Assembly (NCBI GenBank): GCA_035533775.1
Contig: DATLTA010000057.1
Location: 2,836-66,835, forward strand
DNA from: Candidatus Dormiibacterota bacterium
GTDB lineage: Bacteria > Acidobacteriota > Terriglobia > Acidiferrales > UBA7541
Direction: 5' to 3'
DNA length: 64,000 nucleotides
The position numbers and the translations under genes were made by a program. Positions 28,603 through 37,642 of this stretch are shown in pieces. The notes under the pieces are model-generated. The model was not told the origin of the DNA. It made no database searches and was given only the letters and a program-made list of their open reading frames with translations. The stretch's first letter is position 1. Every line of letters starts with the position of its first letter.

Positions 28603-28628
28603 GTAGAACAGGCTGAAGCCTGTTCTAC
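28603..28628. repeat. REP-like stem-loop GTAGAACAGGC-TGAA-GCCTGTTCTAC
   Basis: Perfect 11-bp stem. A degenerate copy lies at 28498-28520. Confidence 0.85.
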
Positions 28629-28697
28629 TTGACGCCCGGCAGTCCTGCGCAGGGCGGAATTCTGCCAACATTCTGCTATGATGGCGCCGGAATACTC

Positions 28698-29318
28698 ATG
28701 AGCGCCGAACGCATTCCGCTTTTCCCGCTGGGGATTGTTCTGTTTCCCGGGCAGGCGGCGCCCCTGCACATTTTTGAGCCGCGCTACCGTGATATGGCGC
28801 GCGATTGCATCGAATCGCAATCCTCATTCGGCATTGTGCTTATCCATCAGGAAACCATTGCGCGGATCGGCTGTTCGGCAATGATCGTAAAAACACTTCG
28901 CGAATATGACGACGGCCGTTCCGACATCCTGATCGCCGGGCAACAGGCGTTCCGTATGATCCGCACGTATGAAGAGAAATCCTATTTCGAAGCGGACGTG
29001 GAATACCTCAAGGAGGATTTCCAGGAAATCGATTCCGGCGTTTCCGCGCAACTTGTGCAGTTGTTCAATCAGTGCCACCGCAACCTGTACGAGGAAGATG
29101 GCCCGCCGTTTGAAACCGAGGGAAGCATCTCCCTGGCCTATCACGTCGCTTCCGAGTTGCCGATAGATGTAACGTTCCGGCAGAGCTTGCTGGAGCAGCG
29201 TTCGGAGTCCGAGCGGCAACGCCTTCTGGTCGCACGCCTGGCCGAGTGGTACTTGCAGCTGCAAACCCGTGATCGCGTGCGAGGCAAAACATCGGGCAAC
29301 GGCCACGGAAAGCTCTAA
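28698..29318 (+). CDS. LON substrate-binding (Lon N-terminal) domain protein
   Basis: IPLFPLGIVLFPGQAAPLHIFEPRYRDM is the hallmark start of the LON N-domain. There is no ATPase or protease part. Confidence 0.8.
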   Translation: MSAERIPLFPLGIVLFPGQAAPLHIFEPRYRDMARDCIESQSSFGIVLIHQETIARIGCSAMIVKTLREYDDGRSDILIAGQQAFRMIRTYEEKSYFEADVEYLKEDFQEIDSGVSAQLVQLFNQCHRNLYEEDGPPFETEGSISLAYHVASELPIDVTFRQSLLEQRSESERQRLLVARLAEWYLQLQTRDRVRGKTSGNGHGKL

Positions 29319-29427
29319 TCGTGGCGGAAGACACGCCTCGAACGCGGGAACGGCCGTTTTTGACGAATTCTGCAGTAACTCCTCATGTGGCATATAATAG
29401 AAGTTCATATCGAATCAGGGGACCCCG

Positions 29428-30909
29428 ATGACCGCAAAACCCACCACGCTCGGCGAATTGAAAAAATTTCCCGGATACGCGCCCGGAGCTCCGCGCCGCA
29501 CCGTCAAGGAAGAACTGCGCGCGAACATTTTGAAGAAACTCGAAGCGGGCGAGCCGCTGTTTCCGGGAATTCACGGCTACGAAGAGACCGTGCTGCCGCA
29601 GATCGCCAACGCCATCCTGGCGCGGCACAATTTCATCCTGCTGGGCTTGCGCGGACAGGCGAAAAGTCGCATTTTGCGCGGCCTGATCAACTTTCTGGAT
29701 CTGGAAATTCCCTACGTCGCCGGATGCGAGATTCATGACAATCCGCAGGCGCCGCTGTGCCGCGCGTGCCGCGACCTGATCGCCGAAAAAGGCGACGCCA
29801 CGCCGGTTGCCTGGTGGCCGCGCGATTTGCGCTTCGTCGAAAAGCTGGCCACGCCGGACGTGACCATTGCCGACATCCTCGGCGACGTCGATCCCATCAA
29901 GGCGGCGCGCTCGGGCCGCGCGCTGGGCGATGAACTCACCATTCACTACGGCCTGCTGCCGCGCGCCAATCGCGGCATCTTCGCAGTGAACGAGCTTCCC
30001 GACCTAGCCGGAAAAATTCAGGTGGGCCTGTTCAATATCATGCAGGAAGGGGATATACAGATTAAGGGCTATCCGGTGCGCATGCCGCTCGACGTTCTGC
30101 TGGTCTTCACGGCCAATCCCGAGGATTACACGGCGCGCGGCAAGATCATTACGCCGCTCAAGGACCGCATCGGCTCGGAAATCCGCACGCACTATCCCGC
30201 CACGGTCGAAGAAGGCGTGGCCATCACGGCGCAGGAAGCGTGGCTGGAGCGCGACGCCGCCAAGACTACCGTAGATGTGCCCGACTACATCCGCGAAGCC
30301 GTCGAGATGATCGCGTTTCTGGCGCGCGAGGACAAGCGAATCGACAAACGCTCGGGCGTCAGCCAGCGATTGCCGATTGCCTGCCTGGAGAGCGTGGTGA
30401 GCAGCGCGGAACAGCGCGCCGTGCGCAATCACGAGGCGCGCTCCTCGGCGCGCATCGCCGATGTCTACGCGGCCCTGCCGGCCATCACGGGCAAAATGGA
30501 GCTGGAATACGAAGGCGAGCTGCGCGGCGCGGAAAACATCGCGCGCGAATTGATTCGCGGAGCGGTCGGAAAAGTCTTCACCCAGCGTCTGGAGGGCGCG
30601 AACCTGCAACCCGTCGTGCAGTGGTTCGAGCTGGGCGGCGAGTTGAAGGTTCCGGAAAATGCTCCCGCGCCGGAATCGCTGGCGCAGTTGAAGAAAATTC
30701 AGGGCCTGATGGAGCATATCGACCGCCTGGGCGCCGATGGGCGCAGCGGTCCTGCCGGAATGGCCGCGGCGGCGGAATTCATTCTCGAAGGGCTGTGGGC
30801 GCACAAACGCATCAGCCGCAACGAGGAGCGCGGGTTCCACGTGGATCGGCCGAAAGTGGCCGAACCGCGCGAACAGCAGCCGCGCCCGCCCCGGCGTCAA
30901 TATAATTAA
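29428..30909 (+). CDS. ChlI/BchI-like AAA+ ATPase with non-canonical Walker motifs
   Basis: 493 aa. GLRGQAKS in the Walker A position, GIFAVNELPDL in the Walker B position, FTANPEDYTARGKIITPLKDRIG (sensor-1/Arg-finger region as in BchI). TATAAT at 29393-29398 and AGGGGA Shine-Dalgarno. Confidence 0.8.
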   Translation: MTAKPTTLGELKKFPGYAPGAPRRTVKEELRANILKKLEAGEPLFPGIHGYEETVLPQIANAILARHNFILLGLRGQAKSRILRGLINFLDLEIPYVAGCEIHDNPQAPLCRACRDLIAEKGDATPVAWWPRDLRFVEKLATPDVTIADILGDVDPIKAARSGRALGDELTIHYGLLPRANRGIFAVNELPDLAGKIQVGLFNIMQEGDIQIKGYPVRMPLDVLLVFTANPEDYTARGKIITPLKDRIGSEIRTHYPATVEEGVAITAQEAWLERDAAKTTVDVPDYIREAVEMIAFLAREDKRIDKRSGVSQRLPIACLESVVSSAEQRAVRNHEARSSARIADVYAALPAITGKMELEYEGELRGAENIARELIRGAVGKVFTQRLEGANLQPVVQWFELGGELKVPENAPAPESLAQLKKIQGLMEHIDRLGADGRSGPAGMAAAAEFILEGLWAHKRISRNEERGFHVDRPKVAEPREQQPRPPRRQYN

Positions 30910-30992
30910 GTTTTTTAGATATAGGGCCGGAAGCCACGACCCGCAGCGTTTTCTCACGAACCGGCTCGCAAGAGAATTTTGAGGTCGGCAAG

Positions 30993-32261
30993 ATGACAAA
31001 ATACATCCGCTACAAAAAATACGAGGGCGAGCCGGGCGACGGCGTCGACCTGCAGGAACTGGTCAAGAAGCTCTCCGATTTTTTTCTGCAAAGCGGCTTT
31101 GAATCGCAATTCTACGGCCTTTCCGAAATGGACCCGGAAAAATCGATGGAAGCGTTGCGCCAGGCGATCCAGCGCGCGCTGGAGGAAGGCGATCTGCTTC
31201 CCGATCAGCAGCTGCAGGATTTGCTGGACGGCACTCCCGAACAGCAGGACGCCAGGATGAAAGAGATGGTCGACCAGTTGATGGACCGTCTCATGCAAGA
31301 GGGTTACATCACCGGTCAGCCGCAAGTGACGGCCCCGCCGGATAAGACGCCGCGCGGGCAAGTGGGCCGGGGACGCGAACGCGACCGGGAGAATGAAGCG
31401 CGATTCGAAATCACCGACAAGACGATTGATTTTCTCGGGTTCAAGACGCTCAAGGATCTGATGGGCTCGCTCGGCAAAAGCAGCCTCGGGCGCCACGACA
31501 CGCGCGATCTTTCGACAGGAGTGGAATCGGGCGGCATCTCCCGGCCATACGAGTTCGGCGACACGCTGAATCTGGACATCAGCGCAACCCTATTCAACGC
31601 GGTGCGGCGCGAAGGTTCGAAGGTGCCCATCGAGCTGGATTATCCCGACCTGATGGTCCACCAGGCCGAATATCAGAGTTCCTGCGCGACCGTGCTCATG
31701 CTGGATTGCAGCCACAGCATGATCCTGTACGGAGAGGATCGCTTCACGCCGGCAAAAAAAGTGGCGCTGGCCCTTTCGCACCTGATCCGCACGCAGTATC
31801 CCGGCGACTCGCTGCACCTGGTGCTGTTCCACGATTCCGCCGAGGAAATGCCGCTCGGCGAACTGGCGCGCGTGCAGGTGGGCCCGTACTACACGAATAC
31901 GCGCGAGGGGCTGCGGCTGGCGCGACGTATCCTGTCGCGGCAGAAAAAAGACATGCGGCAGATCGTGATGATCACCGACGGAAAGCCGTCGGCGCTCACG
32001 CTGGAGGACGGCCGGATTTACAAGAACGGGTTCGGCCTGGATCCCCTGGTGGTGACGCAGACGCTCGAAGAAGTCGGCCGCTGCCGCCGTTCGGGAATCC
32101 TGATTAATACGTTCATGCTCGCGAGCGACTACAACCTGGTTCACTTCGTTCAAAAAGTCACGGAGCTATGCCGCGGCAAAGCTTACTTCACCACGCCTTA
32201 CACGCTTGGCCAGTACCTGCTCATGGATTACATGCAGAAAAAAACACGCCACATTCATTAG
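30993..32261 (+). CDS. von Willebrand factor A domain protein (partner of the ChlI-like ATPase)
   Basis: 422 aa. Intact MIDAS: DCSHS (DxSxS), plus MITDG. Acidic helical N-terminal ~130 aa. Confidence 0.85.
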   Translation: MTKYIRYKKYEGEPGDGVDLQELVKKLSDFFLQSGFESQFYGLSEMDPEKSMEALRQAIQRALEEGDLLPDQQLQDLLDGTPEQQDARMKEMVDQLMDRLMQEGYITGQPQVTAPPDKTPRGQVGRGRERDRENEARFEITDKTIDFLGFKTLKDLMGSLGKSSLGRHDTRDLSTGVESGGISRPYEFGDTLNLDISATLFNAVRREGSKVPIELDYPDLMVHQAEYQSSCATVLMLDCSHSMILYGEDRFTPAKKVALALSHLIRTQYPGDSLHLVLFHDSAEEMPLGELARVQVGPYYTNTREGLRLARRILSRQKKDMRQIVMITDGKPSALTLEDGRIYKNGFGLDPLVVTQTLEEVGRCRRSGILINTFMLASDYNLVHFVQKVTELCRGKAYFTTPYTLGQYLLMDYMQKKTRHIH

Positions 32262-32280
32262 TGAAAAATACGCACATTCA

Positions 32281-32412
32281 ATAGAAGCTATCCAAATAAA
32301 TGTCCGCAGATGGCGCTTGCTCCACGCGTCAGGGGCTAAAGCCCCACACTTTTTGCGGTTTTGATGTCGCGGCTGAAGCCGCGACCCACAAAGCACATTA
32401 ATGCGATGGCTT
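32281..32412. repeat. composite ~130-nt dispersed repeat, copy A
   Basis: By-eye alignment of about 80% identity to 63455-63585. Contains hairpins GGGGCTAAAGCCCC and GTCGCGGCTGAAGCCGCGAC. Further related stem-loops follow up to about 32503. Confidence 0.8.
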
Positions 32413-32587
32413 CCAGTGAAGGGACTTCTCCCGTAGCATAGGCTTGCGCCTGCGTGCTCCTGCCACGCAGAGAAAACCAAAACCACACAGGCTGAGGCCT
32501 GTGCTACTGGAGAGCGCACGCATCGCCCGGAAGTAACTGAAATTGATGTATAGTTATCGCACCTGAAATATCAGAGGAGGGGTTCCC

Positions 32588-33553
32588 GTGTCCAAGCAGA
32601 AAAAACTATCTTGTATTGCCGCCTTTGCAGTGCTGTGCTGCGCGATCCTGGCTGCATCGCAACTCTATTTGCCGCCGGTCGATGCAGCGCCTGCGCCGCA
32701 AGCGCAGGCTGGAGTGCTGCTGCCGGAAAATTCCGTGACGCACGTTTCCGATCATGTGTACGCGATTATGGGTTTCCCGAACATCGGCATTGTTGTTGGG
32801 GACCGCGCCACGCTGGTCGTCGACACGGGTATGGGGCCGCGCAATGGAGCCGTAATCGTGCGCGCCGTGAGCAAGCTGTCCAAATCGGCAAATTTGTACC
32901 TCACCACCACGCACTATCATCCCGAACACGCTTCCGGTGAATCCGCATTCCCTCCGAATACCGTGCTGATCCGCCCCGTGGTGCAGCAGCAGGAACTCGA
33001 GAAGCACGCGATGGAGTATGTGAATAAGTTCAGCAGCCGCTCCGCGCTGTTCAAGCAGTTGCTGGCCGGGGTAACGTTTCGATCGCCGGACATTACTTTT
33101 GACAAAGAGATCACCGTGGATCTCGGCGGCGTAACCGCGCGTCTGTTCTGGATGGGCCCGGCGCACACGCAGGGAGACGAGATGATTGAAGTCGAACCCG
33201 ATCACACGTTGATTTCCGGCGACATCGTGCAGAACAAGATGGTTATGAGCGTGGCGGATACCACCGCGGCAAACATACGCAGCTGGGTCTCCATCCTGAG
33301 CCAACTCCGGTCGCTCAAGATGAACTTCATCGTGCCCGATCACGGCCCGCTCGGCGATGGATCGCTGATCGAGGCGGATTACAACTTCCTATCCAGCCTG
33401 CAGGCGCGTGCGCTGGAATTGAAGGGCCAGGGCGTTTCCGCCGAGGATGCCGGACAAACGCTGCTGACCGAATTCAAGGCAAAATACCCCGATTGGCCGA
33501 ATCTGGACGGCGTGCCGAATGTGGTCAAGCACGTCTATGCCGAGAATCAGTGA
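32588..33553 (+). CDS. secreted MBL-fold metallo-hydrolase
   Basis: GTG start with GAGGAGG upstream. Signal peptide. Metal motif TTTHYHPEH, later H and D ligands (GPAHTQGD, VPDHG). Confidence 0.8.
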   Translation: MSKQKKLSCIAAFAVLCCAILAASQLYLPPVDAAPAPQAQAGVLLPENSVTHVSDHVYAIMGFPNIGIVVGDRATLVVDTGMGPRNGAVIVRAVSKLSKSANLYLTTTHYHPEHASGESAFPPNTVLIRPVVQQQELEKHAMEYVNKFSSRSALFKQLLAGVTFRSPDITFDKEITVDLGGVTARLFWMGPAHTQGDEMIEVEPDHTLISGDIVQNKMVMSVADTTAANIRSWVSILSQLRSLKMNFIVPDHGPLGDGSLIEADYNFLSSLQARALELKGQGVSAEDAGQTLLTEFKAKYPDWPNLDGVPNVVKHVYAENQ

Positions 33554-33632
33554 TTGCTCTCCCGTAGGCCGTTTTCCCTGCAGAGGCCCGGGCAGACAGA
33601 GCCTCGCACGAAGGCGCGAAAAAGTTTTTCCA

Positions 33633-33705
33633 GTAGGATAGGCTTCAGCCTGTCCGGTTTTGGTTATGTGACACGGACCGGTAGACAGGCAGAAGCCCGT
33701 CCTAC
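33633..33705. repeat. two REP-like stem-loops (GTAGGATAGGCTTCAGCCTGTCC and GTAGACAGGCAGAAGCCCGTCCTAC)
   Basis: Same GTAG...CTAC-flanked, CTTCAG-type loop architecture as the other copies. Confidence 0.8.
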
Positions 33706-33866
33706 CTGCCGTTTTCTTCAAACAGCGGCTTCTTGTGCTTGGAGGGTTTCAAGCGCTTGTCGGGGATGACGCGTTCGGCAGGTGGCGGCCCGGCCAATTC
33801 GCGCGCGCGACGCCGCGCCTCACGGCCAGCGGTAAATTTTTTCGGTTTGCGCCTGCTTTTGGACAT
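33702..33866 (-). CDS. possible 54-aa highly basic small protein (not in the ORF track)
   Basis: Sequence MSKSRRKPKKFTAGREARRRARELAGPPPAERVIPDKRLKPSKHKKPLFEENGR. GGAGAAG immediately upstream of the ATG. Confidence 0.35.
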   Translation of the reverse strand: MSKSRRKPKKFTAGREARRRARELAGPPPAERVIPDKRLKPSKHKKPLFEENGR

Positions 33867-34218
33867 CTTCTCCATTCAATATGCCACAAACCAGCATGGC
33901 AGGGCCCTCCAGAACAATCCTTCCCTCCCATTTACCCGCATGCAAGCTGATTTACGGATTTTTGCGCCGTGGGCGAGGCCTGCGGCGAATATTAAGGGTA
34001 GCTGAAGGCACAGAACGATTCTCCTGAAAAGTGCCCAGAACGTTAACTCCCAATACAACATTGCACGCTTATTTTCCTTACTGATAGTTTGGCAGAACTT
34101 TATTACTTGCACGTATTATGCTGATCGCTCGTTGTGGGGTCACACGCTTCCGTCCTGATACCATTTCGCTTTAAATGACTCCCGCAACGAAAAAACTTTT
34201 CGGACAGTGAGGGATCTG

Positions 34219-37200
34219 ATGAGAAAGGCACTTTTGTCATCGTTGTTGCTCGCCTTCGTTGCGATTTCCGGCTGCACGCCAGGAAATAATGCACCGGCGG
34301 TCAGCATCACAGCCAGCGCGAGCCAGATCGATCAGGGCAAAACGGACGCGCTTACCGCGTCGGTGAGCAATGATACGACAAATGCGGGAGTAACCTGGGC
34401 GATCGCCAGCGGGCCCGGCGCGCTGAGCGGCCAAACCACCACCGGGGCAACCTACACTGCCCCTGCCTCTATCGCGTCTGCCACGACGGTTGTGGTGGCG
34501 GCGACATCCGTCGCGAGTCCCACCAAGACCTCCAGCATCACCATTACTCTGGAGCCGCCCCCTCAGATCACGACGACGACCATGCCGCCTGGAACTGTGA
34601 GCGTCGCTTATACAGGCACAGTGTCCATGACGGGCGGCGTCGCTCCCTATACCTGGGCGCTCATCGCAGCCCCCACTGGACTGTCATTGGCCAGCAGCAC
34701 GACGGGAACGGTTACAGTGCAAGGAAAGCCAACCGTTGCGGGCCCCAGCCAGACTTTCACGGTGAAAGTGACGGACGCGCAAGGCTTGTCCGTCACCAGC
34801 ACTGGCCTGACAATCACGGTGGGCACCCTCCCGACAGTCACGCTGAACCCTTCGAATCAGACGGTGAACGAGGGTAATAATGCCACCTTCACCGCCACAG
34901 CCAGCGGAACCCCCACACCAACGGTCCAGTGGCAGGTGAGCACGAACGGTGGCACGTCCTTTACCAATATCGTCGGGGCCACCTCCACTACGCTGACGGT
35001 GACGGCGGTAACCAAGGGAATGAACAGCAACAAGTACCGCGCCGTGTTCACCAATATTGGGGGGAGCGCGACAACGACGGCGGCTAGCTTGACGGTAAAC
35101 ACCGCGCCTGCAGTAACAGTGAATCCGACAAATCAGTCGGTAGGAGCGGGGGGCAATGCGATCTTCACCGCGGCAGCCAGCGGCAACCCCACTCCCACGG
35201 TCCAGTGGCAGGTGAGCACGAACGGCGGCACATCCTTTAGCGATATCGGCGGGGCTACCTCCACCACGCTGACGGTGACGTCGGTAACCTCAGGAATGAA
35301 CAGCAACCAGTACCGCGCCGTGTTCACCAATTCGGTGAACACCGCCACGACCACTGCGGCAACCCTCACGGTGACCACCGCTGCGGCAGTCACGCAGAAC
35401 CCAACGAATCAGACGGTGACTGCAGGCAACAATGCCACCTTCACCGCTGCAGCCAATGGAACCCCCACTCCCACGGTCCAGTGGCAGGTCAGCACCGACG
35501 GCGGAAGCACATTTACCGATATCCCCGGGGCCACCTCCACCACGCTGAATTTGACGTCAGTGACGGCCTCTCAGAACGGCAACCAATTCCAGGCCGTGTT
35601 CACCAATACTGGGGGAAAAGCGACCACGACGGCGGCAACCTTGACGGTGAACTCCATCCCGGTAATCTCGCAGAACCCATCGAATCAGACGGCTGCGGCC
35701 GGGACCGATGCCACCTTCAACGCATCGGCCGACGGCAACCCCACTCCGACGGTCCAGTGGCAAGTGAGCACGGACGGTGGAAGCACGTTTACAGATGTCA
35801 GCGGGGCCACCTCCACCACGCTGACCTTGACCTCCGTGACCTCGGGAATGAACGGAAACCAGTACCAGGCCGTGTTCACCAATACTTATGGCAACGTGAA
35901 GACCAGCGCTGCCACATTAACCGTCGTGACCGACCTGTGCTCCGGCGCTCCATCGGGCCATGAAAGCGTCCTGAGCGGCCGCTGGGTGGCTATGCTGCAG
36001 GGCTGGCAAGGAGTCGACCCGGGGTATCCTGCGGCCACAGCCTTCAGCATCGACGCGAGCGGCACGGGATCATTCAATGACGTCACCGGAGGCAGCGGCG
36101 TGACCGGAGATATCGACTCAAACTTTGGCGGCAACTCCACTTCCGCTTCTTCCAGCACTCTGCTAACCACCGGCAGCAGTTACAAGGTCGGCCTCGATCC
36201 CACAAATAGCTCGGGTTACATCGGGTGCATGGACCTGGCCGTTTCCGGCGGAGGCACCGTTTCGATGCGTTTCGCCCTCAGCGTGACCGGTAGCAGCGCC
36301 GTCCGCGGCCGCATCATTCGCTGGACGGATACGACTAGCACCGGCGCCGGCATTCGCGGCTCGGGACTCATGCTGCCCCAGGACGCCTCCGCATTCACCG
36401 GCGGCACCACCACCAACCTGCATTCAAACTATGCTTTTGGCATGAGCGGGTGGGAAGGCACGTACGGACACATCGCATTCGGTGGCAGGATGACCGTGAA
36501 CACCGCGACGGGAGCAATCACCTCGTCCACGTACGACTATGACGATGATGGAACAGTCCAAAGCAATCAGAGTTTCGTCAGCGCCAGCATCGGCAGCATC
36601 AGCGCTGAGACGGGACGCGGTGTGCTCACCTCAACCCCGGCCGGTAGCATCACTGAAAGCCAAACAGCCATGTACATAGTGAACGCCAACGAGATGTTCC
36701 TCGTGAGCATGGATCCATATCTCGAAAGCGGCATCACGAGCGGGCGGGCCATCGTTACGGGCACGTCGTTCTCGAACACGTCGCTTTCCGGGAATTACAT
36801 CATCCAAACCTATGGCAGCTCCGTGGGCAACCCGAGCTGCAACAACAGCGGCCCCTGCGCGGATGTAGAACTCGGCGTGCTAAAATTGGCGAGCGGCACG
36901 ATCGACGGCACCAGCACGCTGGAAGAGTATCAATCGGGATCGGCCCCCAGCGTCAACAATCCTAGCGGCACTTATTCGGTGGCTGCTTCGGGACGCGTGA
37001 CGGTATCCGGAGGCAAAAACCCGCCGGTCCTGTACCTGGCCACGCCTCAATCCAATACGGAGCCGTTTACGGGCTTCGTCGTCGGAACCGATAACAGTGC
37101 CACTTTTGGTCAAATCGAAGCAGGGGCGAACTCGAACGTGAGCGTGAGCGCCCTGGCAGGAAATCACATCTTCGGCACCGTCAATCCCGGCGACAGCACT

Positions 37201-37467
37201 GTCTCGAATGAGACCGGAGTCGCCAAGGTCGACACCAGCGGCAACGTAACCGGCTATGCATTCAATAGCAACACGGGCGGCTTGGGCGAGGGAGATCTTG
37301 CCGGCGGCGGCACGCCCCCGGCCCTGACTATTACCAACAGCCCCTTGCCCGGGTTTGGCAATGTCGGCTCCGGCACGGTCGCCATCACCGACGGAACTCG
37401 TCTCTGGTTCTTCGACGCTGGCAGCAGCAATACCAGCCCGGCAAAAATTAACATCGTCGAACCGTAA
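34219..37467 (+). CDS. large surface lipoprotein with Big/He_PIG-like domains, four tandem Ig (I-set-like) domains and an unknown ~510-aa C-terminal region
   Basis: ATG at 34219 with GAGGGA upstream. Lipobox LAFVAISGC. Four repeats of the pattern NPxNQTVxxGxxAxFTAxAxGxPTPTVQWQVSTxGG...Y.AVFTN...TLTV. Confidence 0.85.
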   Translation: MRKALLSSLLLAFVAISGCTPGNNAPAVSITASASQIDQGKTDALTASVSNDTTNAGVTWAIASGPGALSGQTTTGATYTAPASIASATTVVVAATSVASPTKTSSITITLEPPPQITTTTMPPGTVSVAYTGTVSMTGGVAPYTWALIAAPTGLSLASSTTGTVTVQGKPTVAGPSQTFTVKVTDAQGLSVTSTGLTITVGTLPTVTLNPSNQTVNEGNNATFTATASGTPTPTVQWQVSTNGGTSFTNIVGATSTTLTVTAVTKGMNSNKYRAVFTNIGGSATTTAASLTVNTAPAVTVNPTNQSVGAGGNAIFTAAASGNPTPTVQWQVSTNGGTSFSDIGGATSTTLTVTSVTSGMNSNQYRAVFTNSVNTATTTAATLTVTTAAAVTQNPTNQTVTAGNNATFTAAANGTPTPTVQWQVSTDGGSTFTDIPGATSTTLNLTSVTASQNGNQFQAVFTNTGGKATTTAATLTVNSIPVISQNPSNQTAAAGTDATFNASADGNPTPTVQWQVSTDGGSTFTDVSGATSTTLTLTSVTSGMNGNQYQAVFTNTYGNVKTSAATLTVVTDLCSGAPSGHESVLSGRWVAMLQGWQGVDPGYPAATAFSIDASGTGSFNDVTGGSGVTGDIDSNFGGNSTSASSSTLLTTGSSYKVGLDPTNSSGYIGCMDLAVSGGGTVSMRFALSVTGSSAVRGRIIRWTDTTSTGAGIRGSGLMLPQDASAFTGGTTTNLHSNYAFGMSGWEGTYGHIAFGGRMTVNTATGAITSSTYDYDDDGTVQSNQSFVSASIGSISAETGRGVLTSTPAGSITESQTAMYIVNANEMFLVSMDPYLESGITSGRAIVTGTSFSNTSLSGNYIIQTYGSSVGNPSCNNSGPCADVELGVLKLASGTIDGTSTLEEYQSGSAPSVNNPSGTYSVAASGRVTVSGGKNPPVLYLATPQSNTEPFTGFVVGTDNSATFGQIEAGANSNVSVSALAGNHIFGTVNPGDSTVSNETGVAKVDTSGNVTGYAFNSNTGGLGEGDLAGGGTPPALTITNSPLPGFGNVGSGTVAITDGTRLWFFDAGSSNTSPAKINIVEP
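34828..35931 (+). repeat. 4 x 276-bp in-frame tandem repeat (one Ig-like domain per unit)
   Basis: The anchor ACGGTCCAGTGGCAGGT recurs at 34921, 35197, 35473 and 35749, an exact 276-bp period. Confidence 0.95.
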
Positions 37468-37490
37468 ACTTACCAACCACCAGTAAACGG

Positions 37491-37525
37491 AAAAGGGCCG
37501 GCCCGGAAAATGGGCCGGCCCTTTT
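37491..37525. terminator. bidirectional rho-independent terminator between convergent genes
   Basis: AAAAGGGCCGGCC(C)-loop-(G)GGCCGGCCCTTTT. The 13-14-bp perfect stem is flanked by A4/T4 runs on both strands. Confidence 0.8.
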
Positions 37526-37642
37526 CATTTGTAAACGGCGATTCTTACGCGAACGCGAGACTGGAACCGGAAGTCAAAGCTGGAGGCAAGAAGAACCGCA
37601 CGTAAGGGACGCAAAAAAGGAGCGCAAGGAGGGCCGACGGAA

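Noticed and set aside
32166-32519. 117-aa ORF; also the 74- and 91-aa ORFs at 63535-63848
   Set aside because: They are read-throughs of the dispersed repeat elements. The frame is not maintained between repeat copies.
11134-33705. CRISPR array interpretation of the recurring GC-rich palindromes
   Set aside because: The copies are scattered singly or in pairs over tens of kb, in both orientations, without regular repeat-spacer periodicity. No cas genes are present.
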